A DNA stretch of 64,000 bases from Amoebophrya sp. A120 (GCA_905178155.1 CAJINV010000005.1:1156392-1220391), one strand, 5' to 3'. Shown: positions 47,146 to 60,306, counted from the stretch's first letter. A program made the numbers and translations. Notes: a model not told the origin generated them from the letters alone.

Positions 47146-48657
47146 ATGACAGCCTGCCGTTCCGAGTTCACGGGCTACGTGAGGTCCGTAGACAAGGACA
47201 AACTTCAATCCGAACTTCTCTCTTCTGACGGGCACGCAGCCCCCTGCCATAGGAGGAAACCCTTCGCCGACGCGCGCTACCAGAGCAACATCAGGACGCT
47301 TGGCGCCGACGAGATGCCGAACGTGGAAACGAAACTGGACCGACACCTGGTGTCCGATGGCGTCAAGGGGAGTCTGCGCATGAGCGCGAGCCCACTCCGC
47401 GGGGAGAGGCAAGCGGCGCAGCAGGCAGCAGCAGTGCGGGAGCCGATCGATATTGCGCCAAGTTTCAGCGAAGACTCCATGACGTCGATCTACTATGCAA
47501 TAAAAAAAGATTGTAGCTGTAAGTTTGTGTTGATGCGCTAAGTACATGTGTTAAGATGATTGCGTCTCATGCTGGTCATGCATTGCAGGACCAGGAGTCA
47601 ACTCAAGCGCGGTTTCACGTGCTATTTGCGCAAGACAGGTTTTTGCTGTCATGCCAAACAGATTTGTAATGCTGGCCAGCCAAAATCAAAAAGTTACACC
47701 TACGATCTTTTTTTCTTTGATTTCTACCCGAACGCGACGAGCATACACAAGAAGAGGACGGTACACAATTTAATTTGATTTGTGCACCACGAGGATGAGC
47801 ATGCATCAGAGAAAATGCTTATGCTGCATTGCATGCTGGGGTAACGACCACAACAATTTTTCGTTTCAAAAATAATCTCCTCAGGTGAAGCACGAACACA
47901 CCCCATACGCTCACAGCGAGGAGTTTACCATGCTCAAGCAAGAAGTCCGCGACTTCAACGACGGCGTTCCGCCCTCCATGCTCAGTGGCAGCTATGCAGC
48001 AGGAGGGTATTTTGTAGTTTCTATGTTTTCCACTTTCACTCTCAGAAGTTCACCTCAATCCGCATGCCATGGTGTCATGACTGTTGGTTGATGTGGGCTT
48101 TTTTGGCACCGGGGGTATCTATTACTTTGTCACAGCAGCGCCGACCCCTCACCATCCCTCCGCGGCGTCCCGCATGGCTACCAAGACTATTACAACCCAA
48201 ACCTGGTGGAACGGAGCACGTTGTTAGACCATAACCCGACGCGATCGAGCGCGCCGGTGGAGTCAGAGTCGTCGAAAACGGGAAAAAAGCTGATTCCGCA
48301 GCCGGAGAGGTTACAGGGCAACCCGGACGCGCTGATGCACGTCGGACGTATTACTTATCCGATTCGCTTAGCCTTAGCCTTACTAATGTTGGTGCAATCA
48401 AATTTTGGGTCTACTTCGCATGACAGACGCATTAGGTTACTTTATGAAAGTCTAGCATGACAGGCTGCAAGAACAGTAGAGACTTAAGAAGAAAAAACGC
48501 ATCAGATGGCCTCGGCAGCGGGCCGGAGGCGGTACCGAGAAAAAACTACCATCTAATGGTCCACCAAGCCCCCTTGCGCGGCGACTACTCCCGACAAGTC
48601 ATCACGCGGTACGAGCAGAGCCCAGCGAGCAAGGGACAGCAGGATTTGTTTCACTAG
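47146..48657 (+). CDS. Hypothetical protein; 1 introner plus GT-AG introns; start uncertain
   Basis: Introner 47494-47722 and introns 47761-47884, 48007-48135, 48348-48505 give a continuous frame to TAG 48655-48657. Confidence 0.6.
47494..47722. mobile_element. Introner, TIR group G (229 bp); right end ATT
   Basis: TATGCAATAAAAAAAGATTGTAGCTGTAA...TTACACCTACGATCTTTTTTTCTTTGATT; TSD TCTAC/TCTAC. Confidence 0.85.
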
Positions 48658-49816
48658 AAAACCGGTCTACTTGAAATGCACCAAGCTGCGGGAGGTGGTC
48701 CAGCAGCGAGCAGTACAGTATAATAGATACGAAAAATATTCATTGTCACGACCAAGCGAAGTATAGAACGAAGTAGTTGTGCTACTGGATCAGGCTCACT
48801 GACAGCCTGAGCACAGACAAGAAACTCAGCCAACAGCCGGCACTCTTCGCTGCGTGCCTTGCAGTTGTACCTGAAACAATAAGAAATGAACGAGAGGAAT
48901 GAAAATTAGAGATTTATGCCATAGCTGCCATGATGAAACGATAACAGAAGATTCATTCTGTGCCTATCGTTACGACCATCGTTTCAGAAATTTCACACTT
49001 GTTACAAGCGCCTGATAGGGCCTCGTCGTCTAGCGTAAACTAGAAATGATTTTTCCCGCACCGATAATTGCATATTCCTTTTTTCATGGTTTCCGTCCAT
49101 CTGCCGACCGGATGACCGTTTTATCTGAAAACAGAAGAAGCCTTCTACCTCCACCATCGTGGAGGAACATTAGAACACCCTACAAGAGCGTATAAAAAAC
49201 ATTTAAGTGAAAGCACGAATCGGAAAAGAAATGAACCCAACGTCAGAGCAGTAACCAATGAAAAACGGAGCGGAATTATGCTCCTTGCAGCCACCTCGCT
49301 GTTTTTTTACAAAGCAGTGACGAATATAAGATTTTTGGCAAGAAGACAGCAACAAGGTTGTGCCTTTTGCTATTTTTGCGCAGTGCATGTCAACGTCATG
49401 CAAGATAAAGAGCACATTTGTCTGTTCGGCCAGTCGTATTTCTTCGTACTCTGTAGCCGGTTGATGCGCGACCTTTTTGATACACCTGAGCGAGTCGAGG
49501 GATCGAGGGCTTGTGCTAAATCGATGGTCTTCCGCCGTTAGTGCCAGCATTTTTTGCCATTCTCAGTAAAAAATTGAACTTTGAAATCCGATGTTCGTAT
49601 CGAAATTCTTTTCAATTTTCTTGCAGGAGAAATGGTGCCCCCCAGCACGAGGAAATACGAGCAAATCAACCTTGTTACTGCAAATTGGCACGACCGCCTA
49701 ATGGAGTCAAAAATAAAAATGTTAATATAGAAGCTGATACAATTACAACAGCCGCACGAAGACCGTCTCTCTGTTGTACAACACCATTAAAAAAGAACCC
49801 GAAAAACTAAGAAATC

Positions 49817-52800
49817 ATGCAACACCTCGGACGTCGTTTGTCTGGTTTGCAAAAAGCAGCCTCGTCCTCCTCGTCCAGTCGCTCGTTCTCAACGTTGGTC
49901 GTGACCGCAGGCGACGCGCAGGCTGGACTCGCCCCGGCCACACAGCACGTGATTTCCGCCGCCAAAGTATTGGGGAACGACATCAGCTTCTTGGCGACCA
50001 GTAAGGAGGCAGCGGAGAAAGCCGCGGCCTACGGGGGGAAGACGTACTTGGCAGAGGGAGCAAGGACGGCGGATGCACTGTATATTTTTATAGACTATAT
50101 TTTTATAGACTATAGACAGATAAGGACTTGACTCAAAAGCTGTAGAGGAGAGTTGCGAAACCCTTAAACAGGCTCTAAAGTTGCGGCTCAACCTGCAGCA
50201 AACCTGGAGCAAACCCCTAGGGCTTTTAGAAATGGCGCAGCTTTCTACTCGCGAATGCGCACGCTATTCGACCCAAAAGATGGAGGTCGACCCGTAGGGA
50301 ACAAGCAAAAATCACGAAAAGCGCGACACTTTGGAAGCGCTGAACCTGCATGCTATTACGACAAAGCCTGGAGCTTTTCTGGGGCTCGAGCTCTAGAGCT
50401 TTGCATATATTTGCGCTCTTATTTTTCGAAAGCGCGTGCTGCTGTGCGAAATATTTCCGATAAATTCTACGACTTGGGCTGTAGGGGTTCAGCGCGATGA
50501 GCGACAAAGAAACCCCTGGGCGCTGCAAAAATAGCCCGAGCCCTACACGCAGCGACAACCCCCGCGCTCAGAAGAGAGCCCCTTGTCGCCTTCAATATGC
50601 AAGCGCCCCTCGCCCAGTGTGGTGCGCCCTGCTGCTGGTGGCGGCAGCCCTTGCCCCTGCGTGCAGGCACCTGCCACGTCGCCCTGGCAGCATTTCTCGC
50701 TCTTTGCGTTGGGTCCTGCCCCTCGCAGTAACTCTTGTCCCTCGCAGTAGCTCTTGCCCCTCGCAGTAAGTCTTGCCCCTGCGCATACGCCTTGCCCCTG
50801 ATAGGACTTCTTGCCCTTTGTAGTACTAGCACCCCTTGCCCCTGCCTCGCAGAACATCTCGCCCCTGCAGGCACATCTTGTCCCTGATAAGGGAGCAAGA
50901 GCCACTCACACGGCGCAGAGTTTTAAAAACCACGATCACAAACTTGGCAGAGGGAGCAAGGACGGCGGACGCACTGTATATTTTTACATTATGCCTTGGA
51001 CGGTCGTTAGCGTACAGAAGGGTGAATTTGCAGTGAATTTGTATTGCATGACTTGCATTTACTTCAAAAGAGAAGTGCGCTGCGTGGTAAAGGGCTGGAC
51101 ACGAGCCCAAGCAGCTCACGCAGCGTGAAGGGCTGGTCGGCGCCAGGTGGCACTTGCAGCACCGAAAAAAGCGGTCTTACGGGGCCCGCCGGACCGTGTA
51201 GTGCATAACCAAAGAAGGTGGATCGTGGGGCACTTGTTCATCTGCGCGTTCACCTCAGAAGTTCCTCTCTGAAATGGTCGAAAGGGAGGGCGACGCCTGA
51301 ACACAGGGGCACGAGTTCAACGCGTACGCTCTCGCGAGTTGTGGTTTGGAATTGGATATCTGGGAGTAGCCTCGGGTGGAAGGGAAGGCACGACTCGGCC
51401 GCGGGCACTAGTTTGCTTCGCCTGCTGTGCTCGGCTTACAACTCCCCAGGTGTTTTTTGCCTCCGGAGCAAGTCTTATTCGACGTGACCCCCAGGTCAAG
51501 AATTCCCTGGGTGAATTTTCAGGCTTTTTGTTTTTGCGACACTTTCTGGAAGCCCCAAAACCCGGAGTTTCTCATGCGCCAGCGCATTTTGAACAGGAGC
51601 CGGAAGACAAAATTCACCGGCGTCCTTTCCAAAATTCACCCCAAAATTCACCGAGCGCCACTTTTCGACCGTGATAAGCAAAGTTTAGCGCAGAAAAGTG
51701 CTCAAAAAAACGCACAAGTAGACCCTGGGAAGTGGGGCCGAGGGGAAAAGACAGGCGCCCGCTGTTGCCCTTAGCGCCTCTACATTCTGCCGAAAAGGCC
51801 TGGAGAGTTCACGCGCCTGCCGGATAGACGCGCCAAAGCTCTCGGCCGGGTCCTTTTCACTTGGCAGAGGGAGCAAGGACGGCGGACGCACTGTATAATT
51901 TTACAGTGCTTTGTTTTGGTCCTCTCGTGGTTTTTAAAACTAGCAATAGAGTATGTTCGGTTTGATGTCCGAAACGGAATCTTCTCCACTCGGAACTGTC
52001 ATGCTTGTAACAAGTACAACGAAGCCTGCCAATACTACTAATAAATACAACAGCGCCCCTGTGATAGCGGACCTGCAAAAAGCACACGGCTTCAAGCACA
52101 TACTCGCCGCCTCCGGAGATGTTGGAAGGGACTGCCTGCCCCGGGTGGGCGCTCTGCTCGACGTGCAGCCCGTGAGCGACATTTTGGAAATTTTGGGCGA
52201 CAAAAAGTTCAAAAGACCCATGTACGCGGGGAATGCGATAGCCACGGTGGAAGTCACGGACGACGTCGTTTTGGCGACCGTAAGACCAACTGCTTTCCCG
52301 CCCGCGGCTGCAGAGGGAGGGGGAGGTGCTGAATAGTAGATGTTTCTTGGTTTTCGTGATCTACTTATGTTGAATCAATTTCCTGTTTGCTCCATCCAAG
52401 CACCTGCTCCTCACATGATGGTATGATAAATGATGATGAGCGCGCTGTTCGTGTTCTTGCAGTTTCCAGCATGGCAAGTTCGACGATTCTTGAGCCTCAC
52501 ACGTACATATAATATATATTGTTACAACTACAGGTGCTATCGAAGACGTCTCCGTCCCTTCCTGCAAGTCCGAATTTGTCTCCGAGTCCACGAAAACCGA
52601 CGACAAGCCGCAACTCGGCTCTGCGAACGTCGTGGTCGCTGGTGGCCGAGCCTTGCAGTCATCGGAAAATTTCGACAACGTTTTGCAACCGCTCTGTGAC
52701 AAGATGACGGCGGCGATGGGCGCCAGTCGAGCGGCCGTAGACGCAGGGTATGTGCCCAACGACATGCAGGTAAGCGTAAGTAAGGAACATAGGCTCGTGC

Positions 52801-53160
52801 TGTCAACATTCTCAAAACGTGTAGGAGACAGACGCAAACATCCTCATCCCCTACATGAAAATGCATTTAATTTTACGGAGCAATCTTCTGAGGCGGGTCT
52901 GAGTTGTCTCATCAACCACATGATATGCGCGGTACTTACATCAAATCTATCAGGTGGGCCAAACCGGGAAAGTTGTCGCCCCGGACTGCTACGTGGCGGT
53001 CGGAATTTCCGGCGCCATCCAACACCTCGCGGGAATGAAGGACAGCAAGACCATCGTGGCGATCAATAAGGACCCCGATGCGCCGATTTTTTCTATTGCG
53101 GACTACGGACTGGTAGCGGATTTGTTCGAGGCGGTTCCGGAAATGACAAAGAAAATCTAA
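49817..53160 (+). CDS. ETFA: Electron transfer flavoprotein alpha subunit, mitochondrial
   Basis: Transit-peptide-like start; [76 protein letters not shown]; GT-AG introns 50080-52053, 52326-52533, 52770-52953. Confidence 0.95.
50046..51903 (+). repeat. Three direct copies of a 45-bp exon-end/donor sequence
   Basis: ACTTGGCAGAGGGAGCAAGGACGGCGGA(T/C)GCACT|GTATA(T/A)TTTTA at 50046-50090, 50942-50986 and 51859-51903. Confidence 0.93.
50715..50890. repeat. Degenerate minisatellite of about 19 bp inside ETFA intron 1
   Basis: Repeated CTTG(C/T)CCCTCGCAGTA-like units. Confidence 0.75.
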
Positions 53161-54175
53161 CCTGGTTTTTTTGATAAATAAGGCAAAAAAATTGATATTT
53201 GCGAGCGAATTCTTTTGTGTAAAGATGAAGTTTTTTTGTGTCCAGAGCCAGACTTTTTTTCTGCACCGCGTGCAGCAGCCGTCAACGGAATATGGATCAC
53301 GACAAATGCGCCTCACCATGGGCGTTGGGGGCCGCCCGCAAGGAGCGGGTGTCCTCGGGAAGCACCTGTGCATACACGCCCAGGAACCCACGACGGTAGG
53401 ATAGGATACGGCACTGCTGTGTCGTCCTGCACCCCCCCCGCGTATGCAGGTCCCAAGCCCGGCGATCCTGGGGCGGAAACTGGGGAAATGCCTAAGGGAT
53501 CTTGGTTTGGCAGCAATCATACTGTAACACCATAGACCTAGAGTAGTAGACTTTTTTTCTGCAGCTGTACAGATTCCTTGTAAGAGTTGCGCAGACGGAC
53601 CACACACGCCAGCTCATTTGACGTCGTGGTGGTTAGGGGAAAAACCCATCTACCTTTCCGGCACGCGTGCTCTGGGCTGGGCAGATGAACCATAGTTTTT
53701 GAAGAAGGCGAGAGCTCATGGAAATCCTTATCATAAGGATTTCCCATAATATGGGACTTCTTCGCTCATTGTGTACAAAAGTAAATTCTTTGCGTCGATG
53801 ATTAAATTTGATTTGACGAGAATCGACTTGCAATATTCATATTTTTGCGTTGCTTGAACATCAGCAGGGGGTCAAATGTGTTTCCCACCACGCTCCTGTT
53901 CAGCCTACCCTCCCACGGAGCGTACTAAGTGCGAGAGATAGAGGGCATCTGCAGTTCGGGTTTTCCGGGAAAGAACACACGTCGTGAGAGCTCCTCAGGT
54001 GCGTTCCGGAGCGCGAGTGAGAGGGTATGTAAGGGCAGATGATGCTCACCGTACTTTTGGCGTCCTGTTGTTCTGCTTTTGTGCGGTGCAGCTGCGAGGT
54101 CCATTTTGGCGTGTATTGACACTTTTGTAAAACACGAACAAAGCAAACACGGAATACATAGTAACCATTTGCATT

Positions 54176-57100
54176 ATGGATATGGCCTCCCCGATTACAA
54201 AGAAAGACGACGCAGTCCGTCGGAATGTCCCCGAAGTCGACGCCTGGCAGGAGCGGGTCCGCAACCCGCCGCCGCCTGACCCCGTGCGAGACAATTTTGC
54301 GGCGGCGCACATCCTCGAAACTTTGCAGGAAATCCAGGTGGTGGGCGAGGAGAAGATTCAGAAGCAGGAAACCAGGGAGGCGAGAAGAAAATCTTTGGAA
54401 AGGTGGACCGACGAGACGCTAGGCCCGCTGCAGAAGTCCCCCATCATCGGGAAAAAATTGCGGATTGGCAATAGCAGTACTTCTGCTTCTTCGCCTTCAC
54501 GACACGGGCAACCGCAACAGATGGTGAAGCCAGGGTTTTTACAATCCAACACTTCCAGCACGGGAGTACCACGATCACACGATCCCTTTTTAGCTGGTGG
54601 ACCCAGTGTGAGTAATGTAAATACAGCTACCGGTAGTTCATCTCAGCCCGGTGCGGGGAAGAAAATCAATGACCACGTGGGGAACGTGATCGACAGTGTG
54701 GAGTTCCTGCAGGACCACGATCGAGTTGCCACGGGACATTCTTCGAACAAAGTGACGCCCTCCGCTACCCCGCCGTTGCAGGAGTCCAGGACAGCCTCGA
54801 AAAACAGCACGACGCAGTCGTCAAATGTGGTTAAAGATGACCACAGTAGAAGAAGGAGCAAAACGACCGCGTCGAAGGACAGCGCGACTGGATCGGCGAC
54901 TGGAAAGAACAAGACAAAAAGTAGAAAAAGCAGGACGAGCAGAGGCAGTCGGGACAGCAGAGCGAGTGGTGACGATGAGGACGAAGATTTCGCGCCAGCC
55001 GGTGTGGACAACCTGCTGTTCCGCGACGACACAAATTTGGAGCAACTCGACGCCGATCACCCGTTTTTAGACCGGAATATCAAAGTTGGCGACAGCGTCG
55101 TGATTCATCAGCGCACGATCGACAGTAGTCCGAGCGGCTCCGAGGACTTAAACACAGAGGAGCTCGGGTCGGAGGACCATGCGGAGGTTGGTGGTCCTCA
55201 CGATTATGCCAATGCGGCCACCAGAGGACCCAAGCAAAAAGTCATGTTTGTGCCCGGTGCGAAGGAGGAACATGCTGGCGTCGGGTCGTTTCGGAAAGCG
55301 GCGATGCGGGTCCGGGATTCTGTCGTGAATCTACCCGTTTTCGCCAAAGTCGCCCAGATGCGACGCAACCGGATGCAGAAAGAGGAGACAAAGGACCATA
55401 TTGGGGTCGTGCAGGACTGGCGGGAGTTGAATACGTCGAAAAAGGACCACAAGAGTAAACCCGCAGTGGATGTAAGAGACTTGCACATGCACGAGAAGAA
55501 CACAAATCCCTTGTCGGATTTCGTTTCCTGGGTGGGTGGGGTTTTCTCCTCGAGCAGCTCAAAGCACCAACTCCAGTACGACGAAGACGGTAACCCGGTG
55601 GTTTTCGGGCAGAACGGGGCGTTGCAGGCGGGAGAGACGCAAGTGCAGCAAAACCCGGTTACCGGTTCGTGGTCGTTCAAAAAACACGCCGAAGAGCTGT
55701 TCGGAAAGAAAAAGAAGAAAAAGAAACGACGACGCGCGAAGTTGCTGATGCCGAGATTAAACGCGATCGCAGGGTCGAACAAGCAGAAGCAAATGATGCG
55801 GAAAACTTTGTCGGATACAGACATTTACAGCAATTTGAACAACCACAAGGAGAACGATAACTGGTCGGAATCCAGCGAAGACGAGGAGGACTCCGACAAT
55901 TCCTCCGCCCAGTCGGTGAAGCTGAAAAAGAAGATGATCAAGTATGACCCGGTCAGTTGCTACAATCTCAAACGTTACAATAGAATCTGGAAGGCTGTTA
56001 TGCAAGAGGTGCATTATCTTCTACCAAACTCTCATAGGATTGCCCATAACAAGTTCCGGAGTGCCAAACCGCACTACAATCGGGCGAAATTTGTATTGCA
56101 GAAAGTGGAATGCTGTCCGAGTCTGTCATGCTCGTCAGGCAAGACAAGTTTGATTTGGATTTCTGATTCTATTGTAACGTTTGAGATTCATTGTAACGTC
56201 TGAGCAAGCCATATCAAGGTCCTCGTTAAGCAGCAGGACAACGCGAAGACCCACCCGCACTACAAGGTGTACAAGTGCACGTGTTACAGTTGTACGGTGT
56301 GGGCCGCGTTTGCGTCGTTTTTCCTGATTTTCGGGGGCATTTTGTACTTCACGTCGATTTATGCATTGCAAATATGTCTGGGTCTGGAAGAATGCAAGTT
56401 TGTCATGCTTGTCTGGCATGAGCCTTAAATCTGTGTTGCGTGAGCAGGAAAAGGGCCCCTTGCCTGTCAGGCAAAAACGCAGTTTGCCATGCGGAAAACG
56501 AAACACATGGCGCATTATAAACTTGTCAACATGCTTGGCTGCGCATTGCAGTGCGCCTGCCATTCACAGATTTGCATCACAAGTTTCCAGACCCAGACAT
56601 TTTTGCATTTGATACGATTTTGCCGTCGTTGCGGTTCATCTACAACGAGTACGGGACCGCGGAGCGGATAGAGGCCCAGTTTGTCCACTTTCTCGAACAT
56701 ATACTGTGCAAAAGTACCGTACTCGTAGTAATTGCTATCATGCATGACAAATATCCCTTTTTAGGCAAATCAGCATTACAAATTCCATTTTTCTTCTTGA
56801 AAAAATTTGTGATGCAATTTATACTAGTACGATACTTTTGCAATGCATAGAACAGTCGTCGTTTGACGTGGTGGAAGTCTTGAACCAGGCGGTGCAACAG
56901 GGACTGTACAAGGAGCCCCTGCATTTCCAACACCTCGACTGGCTCCTGACCCCCTTGCTGCAGCAGCGACGAGCGGGGGTGAACCGGTTGGAACTCGGGT
57001 TTCTGGGTACCCGGAAACCGGTCACGGAACACGGAATCATTTTCCGGAAGACCGGACCCTTAGGGCACTTCATTCTGCAATCTGACATGTACCCGAGCTG

Positions 57101-60100
57101 CGTTTCCATCGGCGCCTTCGGCTGCGTTCCGGACATGAAGATTCCGCAGCGGAGCTGGTACCAGCGGTTGACAAAAATCTCCTTCGAGAATCTGTACCTG
57201 ATCTACCCCTTGGATTTGTTGACGATGAAAGTCAGCCCGGAAAACTTCGAAATGAGCAAGCAGTCGATTGTCAAGATGAACGAGTGGGACTGGTTTCGGT
57301 ACGTTTTGGCGAAGCAGGACATCAACGAAACGAGTATGGTGAGTAACAACGAAATCAGAATTGACGAGTGGAAGCTCGCCTACGAGGAGTGCCACGCTGC
57401 CGCGGCTAGCGGCGACTTCTGTGACGCGGGGGGCAACCCTTTGGTGGCTGTTTTCAACAATCCGCTGAATGCGATAATAGGTGCACGAGCCTCGGCCTCG
57501 GGACAAAGTGGTAGTGGAGGGTCAACATCTGCGACAGGTGTGAGCTCCGCGACAGTCAGTGCTTCTGCTTCTTCAAACAGTACTGCAATTATGATCTCAT
57601 CTGCCAGCACCAGCAGCACCTCCACTCTTACTACGACCGCTCCAGCACCTCTGCAAGTGTTGAACACGACACCAACCTCGACTACCACGATAACCTTAAC
57701 CATTCCCTCCTTCCCCAACGTCGTCGACGGGTGCTTCACTGCTTACCAAATCACCGACAACTACTATTACAGTGAAAATCTCCCCACTCCCAAAGTTGCA
57801 ATAACTTGTGATGCGAAGTTTCCAAATGAAAACCTTTTGCCATGCATGAAAGGAGTATGAATCTTTCTGATGCAGAGTCTAGGCGTATGTAGCATCGCTT
57901 GCATGAGGACAAGCGCCGCTCTTGCTGGGCTCGTTTGCAATACAGATTTTTGCTAATCACGATTGAAAATTTGCAATGCTGATAGATGCAAGAGGGCGAA
58001 TGTTTCGTTTGGAAAGGTTTGCAATACTAACAAATGCTCCCAAGTTCTGGGTGGGGGGCATTTTTCATTGTAATAACTACCTCTATTTCCATTTCAAGCA
58101 CGACCGGAGCGAGCACCTCTACGTGATCGACCCACCATATGGAACGGTCAGGATTGAAATTGACAAAGTTGAAAAATTTGTGATGCATAAAATCGATACC
58201 AGTTGGAACCCCAATTCTTCTCGGCGCATGACAAATTTTGGCACCGTCTGAAGCCAGTTTATCATGCTGCTTAGGGACAGACGGCGTCTTTTGTCATGCT
58301 ACTTTGGCAGCCCGCCTATCGCAGACCCCAAACAGGCTGACAGTTGGCCTCACTTGTCATCCCTGCAAGAGAGGCGCTGCATGCCTTGCAATTTCTGCAT
58401 GAGTAACTACTTATTTCAACTTTGTCGATTTCAATCCTGGCGCTTCCATACACCGGAATCCTGTTACCGCAGCGACAGCGGCCAGTTATCAAAAGGAAAA
58501 ATCCCCCCACCCCATACTCAAACTAGAAATTTGTGATGCAGATTTGTGGCCACAAATCAGCTTTGTTATGCTAGAAGGGAAAAGATGCGGACTGTAGTGC
58601 TTGTTGGTGTGGGAAAGCCTTGCATCTTCAGCATGACAGGGGGCAGCTGGAAGTGGGAAACAGCATGACAAATTGCCTGCAAAAGAGGCCACAGCTGCGT
58701 CTCTTGGCCTTCTAGCATTACAAATCGATTTGTGTACTCAAATGCAGCATCACAAATTTCGTTTTCGATATGGGGAGGGGGGATTTTTCCTCTCAATACC
58801 AGTCCAGGGGCATCAACTGGGAGGAGCAAACTATCGCGAGGCAGAGGGCGTACCTGCAAGGTAGTTTCTTTCACACTTGAGATTTTTTGGCTTTATTGCT
58901 GAAGGAAGTGGTCATGTGCTGATCCTGATAGACATAGATATGCGCGCAAAGTTGGATTTGGTTTAACGAGTAACAAGCGTACTTAAGTCAATCCCTAAGT
59001 CCTATCAGGTCGAAAATGGCAGCGTCGCATCTATTTCGAGTGGAACCAGGATGGCCCGGATTTCGTGTCCACGTCCGGCACGCAAATAGATCTCTCCGGG
59101 GATGCGTTCAAATTTTCGCCCGCTATGGGTTTGACGTTCAAGCTGGAGTTTCCGGACGCTCCGTTGGACCCAAATTTGCAAAATCTGAACCTCGCGGAGA
59201 TGCAGGTCACCCACATAATTGGTCGGATTTCCGTCGATTTGACCGGTTGCAGTTCCTTCATGCGGGACCCGTTTGTAGATGAGTATTTGGGGGCAGAATC
59301 CAGTGCCGCCCAGGTGCGGGAGGACTTCGAAGCGTTCATTGTGGATAAAGGCGGAAGAATCGTCTGCGCGCGGTCGCTAGACGACCAGGTGCGGAAAGTG
59401 GACAACAGCGGGAAAAATACTCAGTTGCAGTTCAAGAAGATCTGGGAATTAGCTCACTTCAAAGACGATTTGGGATTGTCTCCAACCAGCTGGGCGCTGA
59501 CCGTTGCGAAATTGGACACCATTCCAACCTTACCGCCGCTCTCCGGCGGGATGGTGGGAGTGCGGAGCAAAGTCGACCAGTTTGAACTGCCGAACTACGC
59601 GAACGAATATGAAACAACCACTTCCGCCTCCAGCTCCGCGGAGCTGGACCACGAGGACGCGAATTTAGGGCCGCTCGGCTGGGGCTCCCCCTTCGTGATC
59701 CGGCGGATCAGACACAGTCGCATGGCAGGCTTCTACGTCGTGACCCGGATGACGACCGCACCCTTTTCCTCCACTGCAAGCGGGATCGCCGCGGTGTTCA
59801 TGACGCTGGTCATTCTGGGGGGTTCCCCGTTTGTGCTCTGCTGTTCCATCGTCGGGTTATTCGCGATCCGGGATGTCGCTATCTACAAAAAGGAAACGCA
59901 GAGGCAGCGCGCGTTGTTGGAAGCGAAAGCAACGTTGGAAGCGGTGGCCGCGGCGACCGGCGGTGGGGGAACGGCGGGACGGAACTTGAACCAGACGGAG
60001 GTCGACGATGCGAAAATGATCGAGGCGGCAGCGTTATGCACTGCAAATAATATGTCTGGGTAAGGAAGGATAGGAACTTGTGATGCGTCCTGTGGATCAC

Positions 60101-60306
60101 ACAAATATCTGTCTTACGTGATTAACAAAAGACGCCGTTTTCTGACCACCATTAGAGGGAGTTTCTCATGCAGGACAGGCATGATAGAGACCTCGCAGAA
60201 TCTTTCATGCTATGTACTGCATTCCCGACCTCATGGGGCATGGAAATTCTGCATGACAATTTCGTATCCTTCCAGACCCAGACATACTTGCACTTGATAA
60301 GCGTGA
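54176..60306 (+). CDS. Large hypothetical membrane protein (two predicted TM regions); 7 introners plus GT-AG intron 58861-59008
   Basis: Continuous frame after removing all elements; TM-like VWAAFASFFLIFGGILYFTSIL and IAAVFMTLVILGGSPFVLCCSIVGLFAI; stop TGA is formed at the last junction. Confidence 0.72.
55943..56213. mobile_element. Introner, TIR group D (271 bp)
   Basis: TATGAC...AATCTCAAACGTTACAATAGAATC and GATTCTATTGTAACGTTTGAGATT...GCCATA; TSD TCAAG/TCAAG. Confidence 0.88.
56360..56614. mobile_element. Introner, TIR group A (255 bp)
   Basis: TATGCATTGCAAATATGTCTGGGTCTGGAA...TTCCAGACCCAGACATTTTTGCATTTGATA; TSD CGATT/CGATT. Confidence 0.92.
56700..56849. mobile_element. Introner, TIR group F (150 bp)
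   Basis: TATACTGTGCAAAAGTACCGTACTCGTA...TACTAGTACGATACTTTTGCAATGCATA; TSD GAACA/GAACA. Confidence 0.9.
57765..58075. mobile_element. Introner, group E-like (311 bp)
   Basis: TATTACAGTGAAAATCTCCCCAC...GTGGGGGGCATTTTTCATTGTAATA; TSD ACTAC/ACTAC. Confidence 0.88.
58138..58450. mobile_element. Introner, TIR group H (313 bp)
   Basis: TATGGAACGGTCAGGATTGAAATTGACAAAGTTGAAA...TTTCAACTTTGTCGATTTCAATCCTGGCGCTTCCATA; TSD CACCA/CACCG. Confidence 0.9.
58487..58798. mobile_element. Introner, TIR group E (312 bp)
   Basis: TATCAAAAGGAAAAATCCCCCCACCCCATA...TATGGGGAGGGGGGATTTTTCCTCTCAATA; TSD CCAGT/CCAGT. Confidence 0.92.
60035..60299. mobile_element. Introner, TIR group A (265 bp), inserted at the stop codon
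   Basis: TATGCACTGCAAATAATATGTCTGGG...CCCAGACATACTTGCACTTGATA; TSD AGCGT/AGCGT. Confidence 0.88.

Noticed and set aside
2352-60299. Recurring peptides in many short ORFs (PDPDIFTFD, KCLGLE, KNVWVWK, FQTQTFLHLI) suggesting a small protein family
   Set aside because: They are translations of the group A terminal inverted repeat in different frames, not genes.
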